DNA of 64,000 nucleotides, from positions 248,001 through 312,000 of the forward strand of contig JAVYOA010000009.1 of assembly GCA_038734945.1 (NCBI GenBank). The letters run 5' to 3'. This DNA comes from Fervidicoccaceae archaeon (GTDB lineage Archaea > Thermoproteota > Thermoprotei_A > Sulfolobales > Fervidicoccaceae). Positions within the stretch are counted from its first letter, which is position 1. Each line of letters begins with the position of its first letter. The position numbers were made by a program, and so were the translations under genes. Shown piece by piece: positions 10,513-19,539 of the stretch. The notes beneath the pieces are model-generated. The model ran no database searches and was not told the DNA's origin. It saw only the letters and a program-made list of their open reading frames with translations.

Positions 10513-12078
10513 TCATGACAGAAACTCTATCTCAATTGGTTCGAGCGGAGGCCTTTGCCTAAAAGTTCCTAGAGATTCTAAGGAAACACTCCTAAGATAT
10601 GAGAGTATCATTGCTGTTGAAAATCTGCATATTCTTCCCTGGCAGCTCCCAGTTCCCAGGGCTGTGAATCTCTTTATTCTCTCTATATCCTTGTATCCCA
10701 AATCGTATGCCTTCACTACATCGCTGAGAGTTACATCTTGACACGGACAAATGAACTTCATCCCCTCGATATTCCTCGCTAAAAAGAATTCAGGCGGCTC
10801 TCTAATAGTAGCTTCATTTAGTGGAACGAGGCCTTTTGCTCTGTCTATCCTTTCCATCTCCTCTTCCTCATTGCCTGATAGCTTCTCGCCGGATAGGAAT
10901 TTTGAAAATATTTCTATCTCCATGTTTACTAAGCTATTTGGAGTTCCAGAAGCTCTGCCCAATAGGTATACTCCATCTATACCATCAACCGCACCCCTTT
11001 TTGTCGCAATCGTTGGTCTGCCTATCGATACGCTAAAAACAACACTTCCACCCATCTGCAATAAGGACTCTATGTCCGGAAAGCCTGTAATAGCAGAAAC
11101 AAGGAGATCTGTATGAATTCTTTCCTTTCCTGGATGAACAATCTCCAGCTCTCTTATGTTTGGATAACCCCTTGCCATTATTTCGCTTGCAAATACGATA
11201 TCCTTGCTCTCAACTTCACTCAGGCCATCTTTTTTAGTAAGAGGAGCAATTATCCTCACATCCTTCTTTTTTGATATTTCTTCAGCAACGCTGATGCCTC
11301 TTTGGCCATCGGCTAGAACAGAAACCTTATCCACTTCTTTCAGTGCTGAATATTCAAAGATTAGTTGAATGGCTAGGTCAGAGCTCACAATTCCTGGAAG
11401 ATCATTGTTTTCAAATATCGGAAAAGCGTCCCTAATTGCTGGAAAGAACACTACTTTTTGGGAGGAGATTCTATATATTTTCCTCTCTTCTCTGTTAACA
11501 GCAAACATTCCGTCTTCGAATTTCCCCAAATATACCGCATTTATTGTTAGAACACCACTGCGAACTCTCTCTCCAGCTTCTTTTTCCAAAAAATTACGCG
11601 ATTTTGTTTGAATGAGCAAAACAGTGCTCCCAGACATTTCAGCTAGTCTATTGGCAAATTTTATTCCAGAACCTTCACCTGCAATTACTAGGAATTCTCC
11701 AGATATGGCTTCTTCTTTTATCCCGCCGCCAATAGAATCATGTGATGGAATATCAGGATTTCCGCTCATAGTGGCAACTCTCTTTCCAATAAAATTCCAG
11801 AACTTTCTCATGAAAAAAGAATGGTAGAAGCCCCCCTTTCCCAGCATCATTCTTAATCTGCTCATCATCTCTCCACTGTACTTAGGTGAGACACCTTCCA
11901 CACTGTGCGGAGAATAGAGATATACAGCATATGCAGATTGTCCCCTTATCCAAGGACACCAGCTCTCTAAATAGAAGGGAGCTCTTGGTCTTTTGAACTT
12001 AGGGCTGGTGGATGTTGGAATTACATTATTTTTAAATAAATTTGAGAGGGGAAAGTAGCTCAATTGCTTAACCCTCAC
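10513..12078 (-). CDS. Proline dehydrogenase/sarcosine oxidase alpha-like subunit with C-terminal BFD-like [2Fe-2S] domain
   Basis: SPKFKRPRAPF, FENNDLPGI, ICPCQDVT, KRFTALGTGSCQGRIC, RQRPPLEP; adjacent to the beta subunit. Confidence 0.85.
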   Translation of the reverse strand: MRVKQLSYFPLSNLFKNNVIPTSTSPKFKRPRAPFYLESWCPWIRGQSAYAVYLYSPHSVEGVSPKYSGEMMSRLRMMLGKGGFYHSFFMRKFWNFIGKRVATMSGNPDIPSHDSIGGGIKEEAISGEFLVIAGEGSGIKFANRLAEMSGSTVLLIQTKSRNFLEKEAGERVRSGVLTINAVYLGKFEDGMFAVNREERKIYRISSQKVVFFPAIRDAFPIFENNDLPGIVSSDLAIQLIFEYSALKEVDKVSVLADGQRGISVAEEISKKKDVRIIAPLTKKDGLSEVESKDIVFASEIMARGYPNIRELEIVHPGKERIHTDLLVSAITGFPDIESLLQMGGSVVFSVSIGRPTIATKRGAVDGIDGVYLLGRASGTPNSLVNMEIEIFSKFLSGEKLSGNEEEEMERIDRAKGLVPLNEATIREPPEFFLARNIEGMKFICPCQDVTLSDVVKAYDLGYKDIERIKRFTALGTGSCQGRICRFSTAMILSYLRSVSLESLGTFRQRPPLEPIEIEFLS

Positions 12079-13181
12079 TTCCCCTGGTTGAAGAATTCCA
12101 ATATAGAAATTGCAATATATTCGAGATCGTCTTTGCTCAAGAGAGGATGAACAGGAATGCTGAGAACCTCCTTAGCTACTTTCTTCGAAACAGGATTGAG
12201 GCTTTCAGGGTATCCAAGAGCTCTATATACAGGATGGTCGTGGAGCGGATATGGGTAATGTATTGCTGTCCCAATTCCCTTCTTAGTTAGATAATCAATT
12301 AGCTTGTCTCTAATCTCCGCTGGAACCCTTATGACAAATTGGTGATAGACATGTTTGTATCCAGGAAGCTCACTTGGAAGAACTATATCCTTGACAGAGG
12401 AGAGCTTTTCTATGTAGAATTTCGCATTATTCCTCCTGATATCGTTCCACTTGTCCAGCTTTCTAAGCTGAACCCTTCCCAATGCAGCCTGCATCTCAGT
12501 CATGAACAAATTGCTTCCAATCATATCGCTCAGATATCGCTTAGCCTCTCCATGCTTTCTCAACTTCAAGAGAAGCTCGTGAACACTATCTATGCTAGTT
12601 GTTACCATTCCTCCTTCTCCTGTCATCATGTTCTTCGTAGCATAGAAACTGAATGCTGATGCATGGCCAAGGGATCCAACTTTCTCTCCTTTTATTTCAG
12701 CTCCATGTGCTTGAGCAGAGTCCTCAAGAACAAGCAGCCTATTGTCTTCTGCTATTTCATTAATAGCATCCATATCAGCTGGATGGCCGAACAAATGCAC
12801 AGGTATTATCGCCTTTGTTCTGTTTGTTATTAGCTCATTGATCGAGTCTGGATCGATGCAGTAGGTTCTCTCATCTATATCAGCAAATACAGGTCTCGCT
12901 CCTACATTGATAACTGCGTTTGCCGTTGCTATAAAAGTGAAATCAGGTACTATTACTTCATCTCCACTTCTAATCCCAAGAGCTCTAAGCGCTGTTTCTA
13001 GGGCTATTGTCCCATTCATTACGCTGACTGCATATTTTGCTCCAACATATGAGGCAAACTCCTTCTCGAAGTTCTCGGTCTCTTTCCCTCTTGTCAGCAT
13101 TCCCGATTTCAAGACATTAACAACTGCCTCTATCTCTTCATTTTCTATTATGGGTTTTGAAATTGGAATTTTTATGCTCAT
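12075..13181 (-). CDS. DegT/DnrJ/EryC1/StrS PLP-dependent aminotransferase
   Basis: FEKEFA, NGTIAL, PVHLFG, EDSAQAHG, FSFYATKNMMTGEGG. Confidence 0.93.
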   Translation of the reverse strand: MSIKIPISKPIIENEEIEAVVNVLKSGMLTRGKETENFEKEFASYVGAKYAVSVMNGTIALETALRALGIRSGDEVIVPDFTFIATANAVINVGARPVFADIDERTYCIDPDSINELITNRTKAIIPVHLFGHPADMDAINEIAEDNRLLVLEDSAQAHGAEIKGEKVGSLGHASAFSFYATKNMMTGEGGMVTTSIDSVHELLLKLRKHGEAKRYLSDMIGSNLFMTEMQAALGRVQLRKLDKWNDIRRNNAKFYIEKLSSVKDIVLPSELPGYKHVYHQFVIRVPAEIRDKLIDYLTKKGIGTAIHYPYPLHDHPVYRALGYPESLNPVSKKVAKEVLSIPVHPLLSKDDLEYIAISILEFFNQGK

Positions 13182-13388
13182 TTTTCATCACTTGAAGCGG
13201 AATGATATTTTCAAGGAGGAATGAAAAAACATGAAAGGCAGAGAATAAGAGCTCATGCAAAAGTAAGTTTTATGCATAATAAGAAGTAAAGAAGACAAGT
13301 TTATGGGCGAAAGCTTCATTATCAGAGCGCCTCTGACAGGCTGATCATTGAAATATAGAGCTTATAAGCTTTCCAAGAACCTTCACCC

Positions 13389-14525
13389 TCAATCAATTGG
13401 GGAGATGCCCGTGCTCATTATGTTCCTCAGCTCTAAATTTGTCCTCTTTGGCTTCATGAACCATATCAATATTTCATCGTTTTCCCTTTCCATGTTTTTT
13501 ATGTTTAGAAGAATTCCCTGTTTCTGCATGAAGCTCAAGAATTCATCTATAACATTCTCTGAATAGAACTTCAGCACAAATTCCTCAGCTACTGCTTCTC
13601 CTAAATTAACCTTTCTTATAGCCTCAATAGGTTCCAGCAAGAGAGCCTCGCCCAACATCCTCGCTCTTTCACTTAGAACTTCCTTAGGAGAGCTTTCCTC
13701 GAAGTTCTTAAAAATTTCTCTGAGCACCCTCGGAAAAATGTAGGTTTTTCCCTCATCAAAGAGGAACTTCATTCCCTCAGCAATATCTCCAATGTTTGTT
13801 GTAGACGTAGTATATTTGAGAGGTGGAACTCTGTTGAAGGGATCTTTGAGAACAACCCCCTCTCTCCGCTCAACTTCCATCTTTTTGATTATTTCCCATA
13901 TCTTCTCAACTTCATCTTTTTTTACCCTTGCTAATTCTCTAACACAGTCTAGGCCTTTGGATTCACAGAACTCCTTTTTCGAATCTACCGGGAGAAAAGA
14001 CCTATTTTTCATAATATCGATAACATAGAAGCAGAAATCTCTGCACTCTGGATAGCTGTATCTCGTATATGGATTTTCCTCGCCAACAACCTCTCCGAAG
14101 ACAATGTGCCCATCCAGCTCATCCACCTCTCTTTCCCTAAAAATCCTCTCGAGCCTATGAGTTGTATATGGGCAAATGAATCCCCCCCTCGTAAGAGCCA
14201 ATAGCTTACCGGCATACTCCACTACTCTCACATTGTATCCATTCATTTTTTCTTCAACAACTACCAAGTCCTTAAAGTGCTGAGGTACTGCCTTATTTAG
14301 GATAAGTATTCGAGCTATTTGCGGATAGCCTGGAATAACAGCAGGTTCGTAATCGTTGTGAAATATAACTGTTGTCCCCTCAGGATATGGACCAAGATCC
14401 CTCCTAAAAACTAAATATTCAAAATCGTTGTAGGATGCTCTTCTCAAGCTTTTAGATTTCAGGAGTCTTCTTGCCCTTATCTCAGTTATGTTTAAAGCCT
14501 TTGCAAGCGATTTATAGGTTATCAT
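13389..14525 (-). CDS. ATP-dependent RNA ligase, Pab1020/Rnl3 family
   Basis: Nucleotidyltransferase motif I EEKMNGYNVR, TRGGFICPYTT, GEVVGEENPY, REGVVLK, LKYTT. Confidence 0.93.
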   Translation of the reverse strand: MITYKSLAKALNITEIRARRLLKSKSLRRASYNDFEYLVFRRDLGPYPEGTTVIFHNDYEPAVIPGYPQIARILILNKAVPQHFKDLVVVEEKMNGYNVRVVEYAGKLLALTRGGFICPYTTHRLERIFREREVDELDGHIVFGEVVGEENPYTRYSYPECRDFCFYVIDIMKNRSFLPVDSKKEFCESKGLDCVRELARVKKDEVEKIWEIIKKMEVERREGVVLKDPFNRVPPLKYTTSTTNIGDIAEGMKFLFDEGKTYIFPRVLREIFKNFEESSPKEVLSERARMLGEALLLEPIEAIRKVNLGEAVAEEFVLKFYSENVIDEFLSFMQKQGILLNIKNMERENDEILIWFMKPKRTNLELRNIMSTGISPID

Positions 14526-14542
14526 TTTTTCTCACTTTCCGA

Positions 14543-14600
14543 TCAGTCAGGGGATTTTTCTTCATTACCAGGTGAGCTCAGTTTACCATCGTATCATCAT
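14543..14600 (-). ncRNA. Box C/D guide sRNA
   Basis: Minus strand: C ATGATGA (14600-14594), 12-nt guide TACGATGGTAAA, D' CTGA (14581-14578), C' ATGAAGA (14565-14559), 12-nt guide AAAATCCCCTGA, D CTGA (14546-14543); canonical archaeal spacing, intergenic. Confidence 0.85.
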
Positions 14601-14678
14601 TTCTTAACATGATTTCATTCTAATTAAAAAAGGTAAAATACTCAAATAAATCAATTACGTTTTTTAAAAGAAGAGCTA

Positions 14679-15359
14679 TTATCCTGATAGCATTATTTTT
14701 AGCTTCTTTAATCCTTCTATAAATGTTATTGGATCAATTACAATAATTCCCATCTTCTCTGCCAACCTCTTGATTCCTTCATCGTTGGTGACGAGAGTTC
14801 CTTTGAGCTCGTATGCTAATATTATAACATCGAAGTCCTCAGGACTATCGACAATTCCCTTCCTCATGATTTCACGATACTTTTCTCTTGCTTCATGTAT
14901 GAGCTCAGCATACACTTTATTTTTATCTAATTTATCTAGATTACTTGCTATTGCTCTCTTTATCAAATCTTCCAGGAGCCTGAGTCCTCTAAACGTTCTG
15001 AGTCTAATAGATGAAATGTATTCATTCATAATTACTGCAGGAATCTTTGTAGTAAGCATATCTGGAGCCTTTACTATTATCCAGGCAAAAAGATCATTAA
15101 CAGTGTTGATGCTCACTCCATTTGATAGCAAATACTTTCTCATCTCGTTTGCCATTGAAGGGGTTGTATAGAAAAGCAAGTCAAGCTTGAACCTGAGCTC
15201 AGCTATAAGAGCAGAAATGGCCTTCATTGTCGAGTCAAGATCGCTGGATTCAAGCAAATTCTTTAGCCTAGGATCGCTGAATGCACTAGTGTCTATTACA
15301 TGAATGGAGAGAGGTCCTTTCCTCGAGCGACGATTTTTTGACTCCTGTTGAGTTACTAT
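14679..15359 (-). CDS. HARP protein-only RNase P (PIN-like, RNA ligase partner family); probable non-canonical start
   Basis: HVIDTSAFSDP (upstream of the ORF-track start), YTTPS, IRLRTFRGLR, REKYREIMRKGIVDSPEDFDVIILAYEL, LVTNDEGI. Frame is open to 15365 with no ATG/GTG/TTG before 15257; start position uncertain. Confidence 0.88.
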   Translation of the reverse strand: MVTQQESKNRRSRKGPLSIHVIDTSAFSDPRLKNLLESSDLDSTMKAISALIAELRFKLDLLFYTTPSMANEMRKYLLSNGVSINTVNDLFAWIIVKAPDMLTTKIPAVIMNEYISSIRLRTFRGLRLLEDLIKRAIASNLDKLDKNKVYAELIHEAREKYREIMRKGIVDSPEDFDVIILAYELKGTLVTNDEGIKRLAEKMGIIVIDPITFIEGLKKLKIMLSG

Positions 15360-15561
15360 TGGGATCTACCTCTTGTAACCTTATCGCAACTTTCGCGCGC
15401 CATCAAAAATAATTCTTTGTTCTGTTTTAACTTATAATCTATTAGTAAGGCAAAGAGGAACTTATTTATTGTAGAGATCTACAGAATTGAAAATTCAGGC
15501 CTAGCTCAAATAGTTTATTAATTCGTTACCTTTCCTATTTCATAAAAGATGGTGATTCGAT

Positions 15562-18489
15562 CTGAAGGAACAGAAGAGCTTCAGCGACTATGATCTGGAA
15601 ATCTCAAGAAAGTGGAGAAAACTTTGGGAAGATGAAAGGCTATATGAACCTGAACCAGATTCTAGCAAGAAAAAATTCTTTCTTACAGCAGCATATCCTT
15701 ATCCCAATGCTCCTCTACATCTTGGACATGCCAGAACATACCTTATTCCGGACATAGTAGCAAGGTACAAGAGAATGAGGGGATATAACGTACTCTTTCC
15801 CATGGGATTTCACTTTACTGGAACTCCAATACTTACCGCGACAGAGTCCCTTCTCAAGCGTGATGAGGGATTGCTCAGGGAGTACAGAGAGCTATATGAA
15901 GTTAGCGATGAGGAAATTGAGAAGATTAAGACTCCACTTGACCTAGCTACCTACTTCAAAAGAAGAGCAGAAAACGATATGAAAGATTATCTTCTCTCCA
16001 TTGATTGGAGAAGAGAGTTCACTACAGTAGATGAGGAGTACAAATCATTCATTAGATGGCAGTTCTCCAAGCTCAGAGAAAAGAACTACATAGTCAGGGG
16101 AACGCATCCCGTAGGATGGTGTCCCCTTCATCAGATGCCTGTGGGGATGCATGACACCAAGGGCGATGTTGAGCCAGAAATTGAGGAGCTCTTTCTTATA
16201 CACTTTCAAGCAGTTGACGGAACGATTTTTCCAGCTGCAACGCTTAGACCTGAAACAGTTTTTGGTGCCGTTAACATTTGGGTAAACCCAAATTCGACGT
16301 ACGTAATCGCAGCTATTGATGAGAGGAAAATGCTTCTTTCCAAGGAAGCTTATAGAAAGATATCATTCCAGAAGAAAAATGTTAATCCTCCTGAAAGAGA
16401 ATTGAAGGGAAAAGAGCTTGCCGGTACTTATGTAAAGAATCCAATGACAGGGAAGAGAATACCAGTTATTCCAGCATCATTTGTAGATGAGGGCTTCGGC
16501 ACTGGAGTTGTTATGAGCGTTCCTGCTCATGCGCCATACGACTTTGTCTCACTCCTTGAATTGAAAAAGGAAGCAGTTAGAAGCGAAGCAAATAGTGATT
16601 TCTCAAATATAGAGCCAATAAAGGTAATCCATCTGAGAGGATATTCTGATATTCCTGCCAGGGATATAGTGGTATCAATGAATATTGAGAGCACAAATCA
16701 GAAAGAACTTCTTGACAAAGCAACTAAGGAATTATATTTGAAAGAATTCAATGAAGGGATAATGGATCCATCAATAGGCAAAATTCCAGAGGACGAAGAA
16801 TCAAAAAGGTTTGCCTCAAGCATTGCTGGAATGCCTGTAAAGGAAGCGAGAAGGATCGTTGTGGAATTCCTAAAAAAGAGAGGCAGCGCTGACACTTTTT
16901 ATGAGATTGCTAATAGACCAGTCTATTGCAGGTGCGGTACAGAAATTGTCGTAAAGATTCTCGAGAACCAATGGTTCATAGACTATGAGAACGAGGAATG
17001 GAAAAGCATCGTGAGAAGGGCCTTGAATGAAATGGTCGAAATAATTCCTCCTGAATACAAGAGCTGGTTCCTAAATGTAGTCGATTGGCTGAAAAAGAGG
17101 GCCTGTGCTAGGAGCAGAGGAATGGGAACCCCTTTGCCTTGGGATGATAAATGGATAATTGAGAGTTTGAGCGATTCTACAATTTATATGGCTTTCTATA
17201 CAGTTATTTCAAAAATAAGGGGCTTGGGGATTCGCCCAGAATTGCTGGATGGAGAGTTCTGGGACTATGTCTTTCTTGGAAAGGGAAATTCAGAGAAGCT
17301 CTCTGAGAAACTGGGAATCAGCTTAAATGCTCTGCAGAGTATTAGGAATGAGTTTCTTTACTGGTATCCCCTTGACAATAGACACAGTGGAAAGGATCTT
17401 GTTCCGAACCATTTAACTTTCATGATATTCAACCACGCAGCCATATTTCCAGAAAAACTATGGCCAAAGAGAATTATAGTGAATGGCCATATAATGGTCG
17501 AAGGAGAAAAAATGAGCAAGAGCTTGGGGAACTTCATACCCCTTTTTAGGGCAATTAGAGAAGTCGGGCCAAACTCGCTGCGCCTCATATTAACATATTC
17601 TGCTGAAATTGGTAATGATGCGAATTACAGCAGAGAGCTTATTCCCATAGTTCAAGATAGGCTCAGAAGGATATCTGAGCTAATAGAAGTAATCAGTTCA
17701 AACAATGCTGAGGAAGAGGAAGAGGACATCGCAGATAAATGGCTAAAGAGTATGATGAGAAGGAGAATCATTAATGCCACAGAAAGTATGGAAAAATATG
17801 CGTTCAGAGACGCTTCCATAGAAATATATTTCAAGCTGGAACAGGATATACGCCGATACATCTCAATAAAAAGCTCCCCCAATTGGAGAGTTCTCAAGAG
17901 CATTGCTGAGGAATGGGTAAAAATGATGTCTCCCATTACACCAGCATTTGCTGAAGAGATGTGGCATCTCCTTGGAAAGAATAGTTCCGTAACTGTTGAA
18001 GAATGGCCCTCTCCAGAGAAAATGGATTACCATCCACAAGAAGAGGTACTCTTCACCATGATAAACAGAATAGAAAATGATGTTGAGAACATTAGAAAAG
18101 CCCTCAAGAAGGAGCCGAGTGAAGTTGTGGTAGTAGTGTCTTCTTCAGATAAATGGGCAGTGATTCAGAAGCTGTTCGCAATGCTTCATTCAGGAGCTCA
18201 GATGAGAGATCTCATGAAAGAAATTGCAAGGCTTAATCTCGGAGCAAGGCCTCAGGAAACTTCAGAATATATATATGAGCTCTTCCAGAGCCTTCCAGAA
18301 GATCTGAGAAAATTCCTCATGCATTCTAACATAGACGAAGCAGAAACTCTAAAATCTGCTTCCTATATACTGGAGAAAGAGCTTGGATTGAAGGTCAGAA
18401 TAATAAGAGAGACCGAAATCGAAGCTCAAGAATTGATAAGAAGAAGGAGACCAATACCATTTCGCCCAACAATTAGCTTCATTTTCTAA
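15562..18489 (+). CDS. leuS: Leucine--tRNA ligase (archaeal type), probable CTG start
   Basis: AYPYPNAPLHLGH (HIGH motif) lies in frame upstream of the ORF-track ATG 15775; in-frame stop at 15553-15555; GGTGA SD then CTG at 15562; GTGVVMSVPAHAP, KMSKS. Confidence 0.96.
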   Translation: MKEQKSFSDYDLEISRKWRKLWEDERLYEPEPDSSKKKFFLTAAYPYPNAPLHLGHARTYLIPDIVARYKRMRGYNVLFPMGFHFTGTPILTATESLLKRDEGLLREYRELYEVSDEEIEKIKTPLDLATYFKRRAENDMKDYLLSIDWRREFTTVDEEYKSFIRWQFSKLREKNYIVRGTHPVGWCPLHQMPVGMHDTKGDVEPEIEELFLIHFQAVDGTIFPAATLRPETVFGAVNIWVNPNSTYVIAAIDERKMLLSKEAYRKISFQKKNVNPPERELKGKELAGTYVKNPMTGKRIPVIPASFVDEGFGTGVVMSVPAHAPYDFVSLLELKKEAVRSEANSDFSNIEPIKVIHLRGYSDIPARDIVVSMNIESTNQKELLDKATKELYLKEFNEGIMDPSIGKIPEDEESKRFASSIAGMPVKEARRIVVEFLKKRGSADTFYEIANRPVYCRCGTEIVVKILENQWFIDYENEEWKSIVRRALNEMVEIIPPEYKSWFLNVVDWLKKRACARSRGMGTPLPWDDKWIIESLSDSTIYMAFYTVISKIRGLGIRPELLDGEFWDYVFLGKGNSEKLSEKLGISLNALQSIRNEFLYWYPLDNRHSGKDLVPNHLTFMIFNHAAIFPEKLWPKRIIVNGHIMVEGEKMSKSLGNFIPLFRAIREVGPNSLRLILTYSAEIGNDANYSRELIPIVQDRLRRISELIEVISSNNAEEEEEDIADKWLKSMMRRRIINATESMEKYAFRDASIEIYFKLEQDIRRYISIKSSPNWRVLKSIAEEWVKMMSPITPAFAEEMWHLLGKNSSVTVEEWPSPEKMDYHPQEEVLFTMINRIENDVENIRKALKKEPSEVVVVVSSSDKWAVIQKLFAMLHSGAQMRDLMKEIARLNLGARPQETSEYIYELFQSLPEDLRKFLMHSNIDEAETLKSASYILEKELGLKVRIIRETEIEAQELIRRRRPIPFRPTISFIF

Positions 18490-18513
18490 AACAGATATTT
18501 TAGCCTAGGAATT

Positions 18514-19311
18514 TTATTTTAGAAATAGAAAAATCTCATTTCCAAAGCTCCATATTTCATAATTGGCATAGATGCCCCTCTCTTCAATTTTCCTCGCTAA
18601 AGTTAGGAGAAAATTCCTTTCCCTCCTTCTGATCTCTCTCTTTTTCACTAAGCTTATTGTTGGTTCGCTTATAAGTATCGAACTGGCTGGAATTGATTCT
18701 ATGAATTCTAAGGGATCTATTTTTCTAGTTCTCATAAGCACTCTGAGAACTCTCAGAAGAAGAGCAAGATCGGCCCTTAAAAATCCATTATCTTTCAAGA
18801 TGCTTCTGAAGTCTGCCTTCGAGGCATCACATAAAACAGGAATCAAATTTATCCCTTGATAAGTAAATCTTCTTAGATCATCAATGACTTCTCTTCTTGA
18901 GTCAATAGCTATATATACAGTACCAGCCGGAAGCTTTTTTGCTAGATATATGGGAAAAGTCCCACTGCCAATATCAAGAATTGTCCTTCCATTCATATGT
19001 GTGAATATCGATGCTATTCTGTCGGTTATTTTTTCCAGATCGCTTCCTCTTTCCTCTATGCTGATTTCCTCTCCTTTACTACCTCTAAATCTCCTTTCTT
19101 CATAATATCCTATCATTCTGCACTTTTTCACGAGAGCCTTGAATTCCTTAAGTCTTCTTAAATCTTCGGAGGATTTTCCTCTAGACAAGGTTTCAAGGAG
19201 TATTTTCATTTCTCTACTTTTCAAAACTATATCAAGATGTCTATTCAGAAACTCCTCTCCAATTTCTTTTTTCAATTCTCTCATTACTTTTTCAACATCC
19301 TCTGATGGCAC
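18514..19311 (-). CDS. SAM-dependent methyltransferase resembling the Arm/Rmt (FmrO) 16S rRNA m7G1405 family
   Basis: ISIEER, ILDIGSGTFP, IAID, DLALLLRVL, ISEPTISL and FGNEIFLFLK in the order and spacing of RmtB/ArmA motifs; 265 aa. Confidence 0.7.
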   Translation of the reverse strand: MPSEDVEKVMRELKKEIGEEFLNRHLDIVLKSREMKILLETLSRGKSSEDLRRLKEFKALVKKCRMIGYYEERRFRGSKGEEISIEERGSDLEKITDRIASIFTHMNGRTILDIGSGTFPIYLAKKLPAGTVYIAIDSRREVIDDLRRFTYQGINLIPVLCDASKADFRSILKDNGFLRADLALLLRVLRVLMRTRKIDPLEFIESIPASSILISEPTISLVKKREIRRRERNFLLTLARKIEERGIYANYEIWSFGNEIFLFLK

Positions 19312-19539
19312 ACCTTCTCATCCTTCCAATGGAAAAGGCTCATCTATCCTCTTAAAAGTATTACTCGCAATTATCACTCTGTGCTCATAAAAACATTTCT
19401 GTTAAAGGCATCTTGATTCAATTTATATTGAAATTTTTTTTGATAAATGACAAATTACAGGAATAATTTTCAAAATAAAATACAAAAAGCTTTTATTTAT
19501 TAAGACATACCTCTTATTTCATAAAAAAAGGTTATTGAT

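Noticed and set aside
15775..15777. ORF-track start for leuS
   Set aside because: It would delete the HIGH motif; the upstream CTG is preferred.
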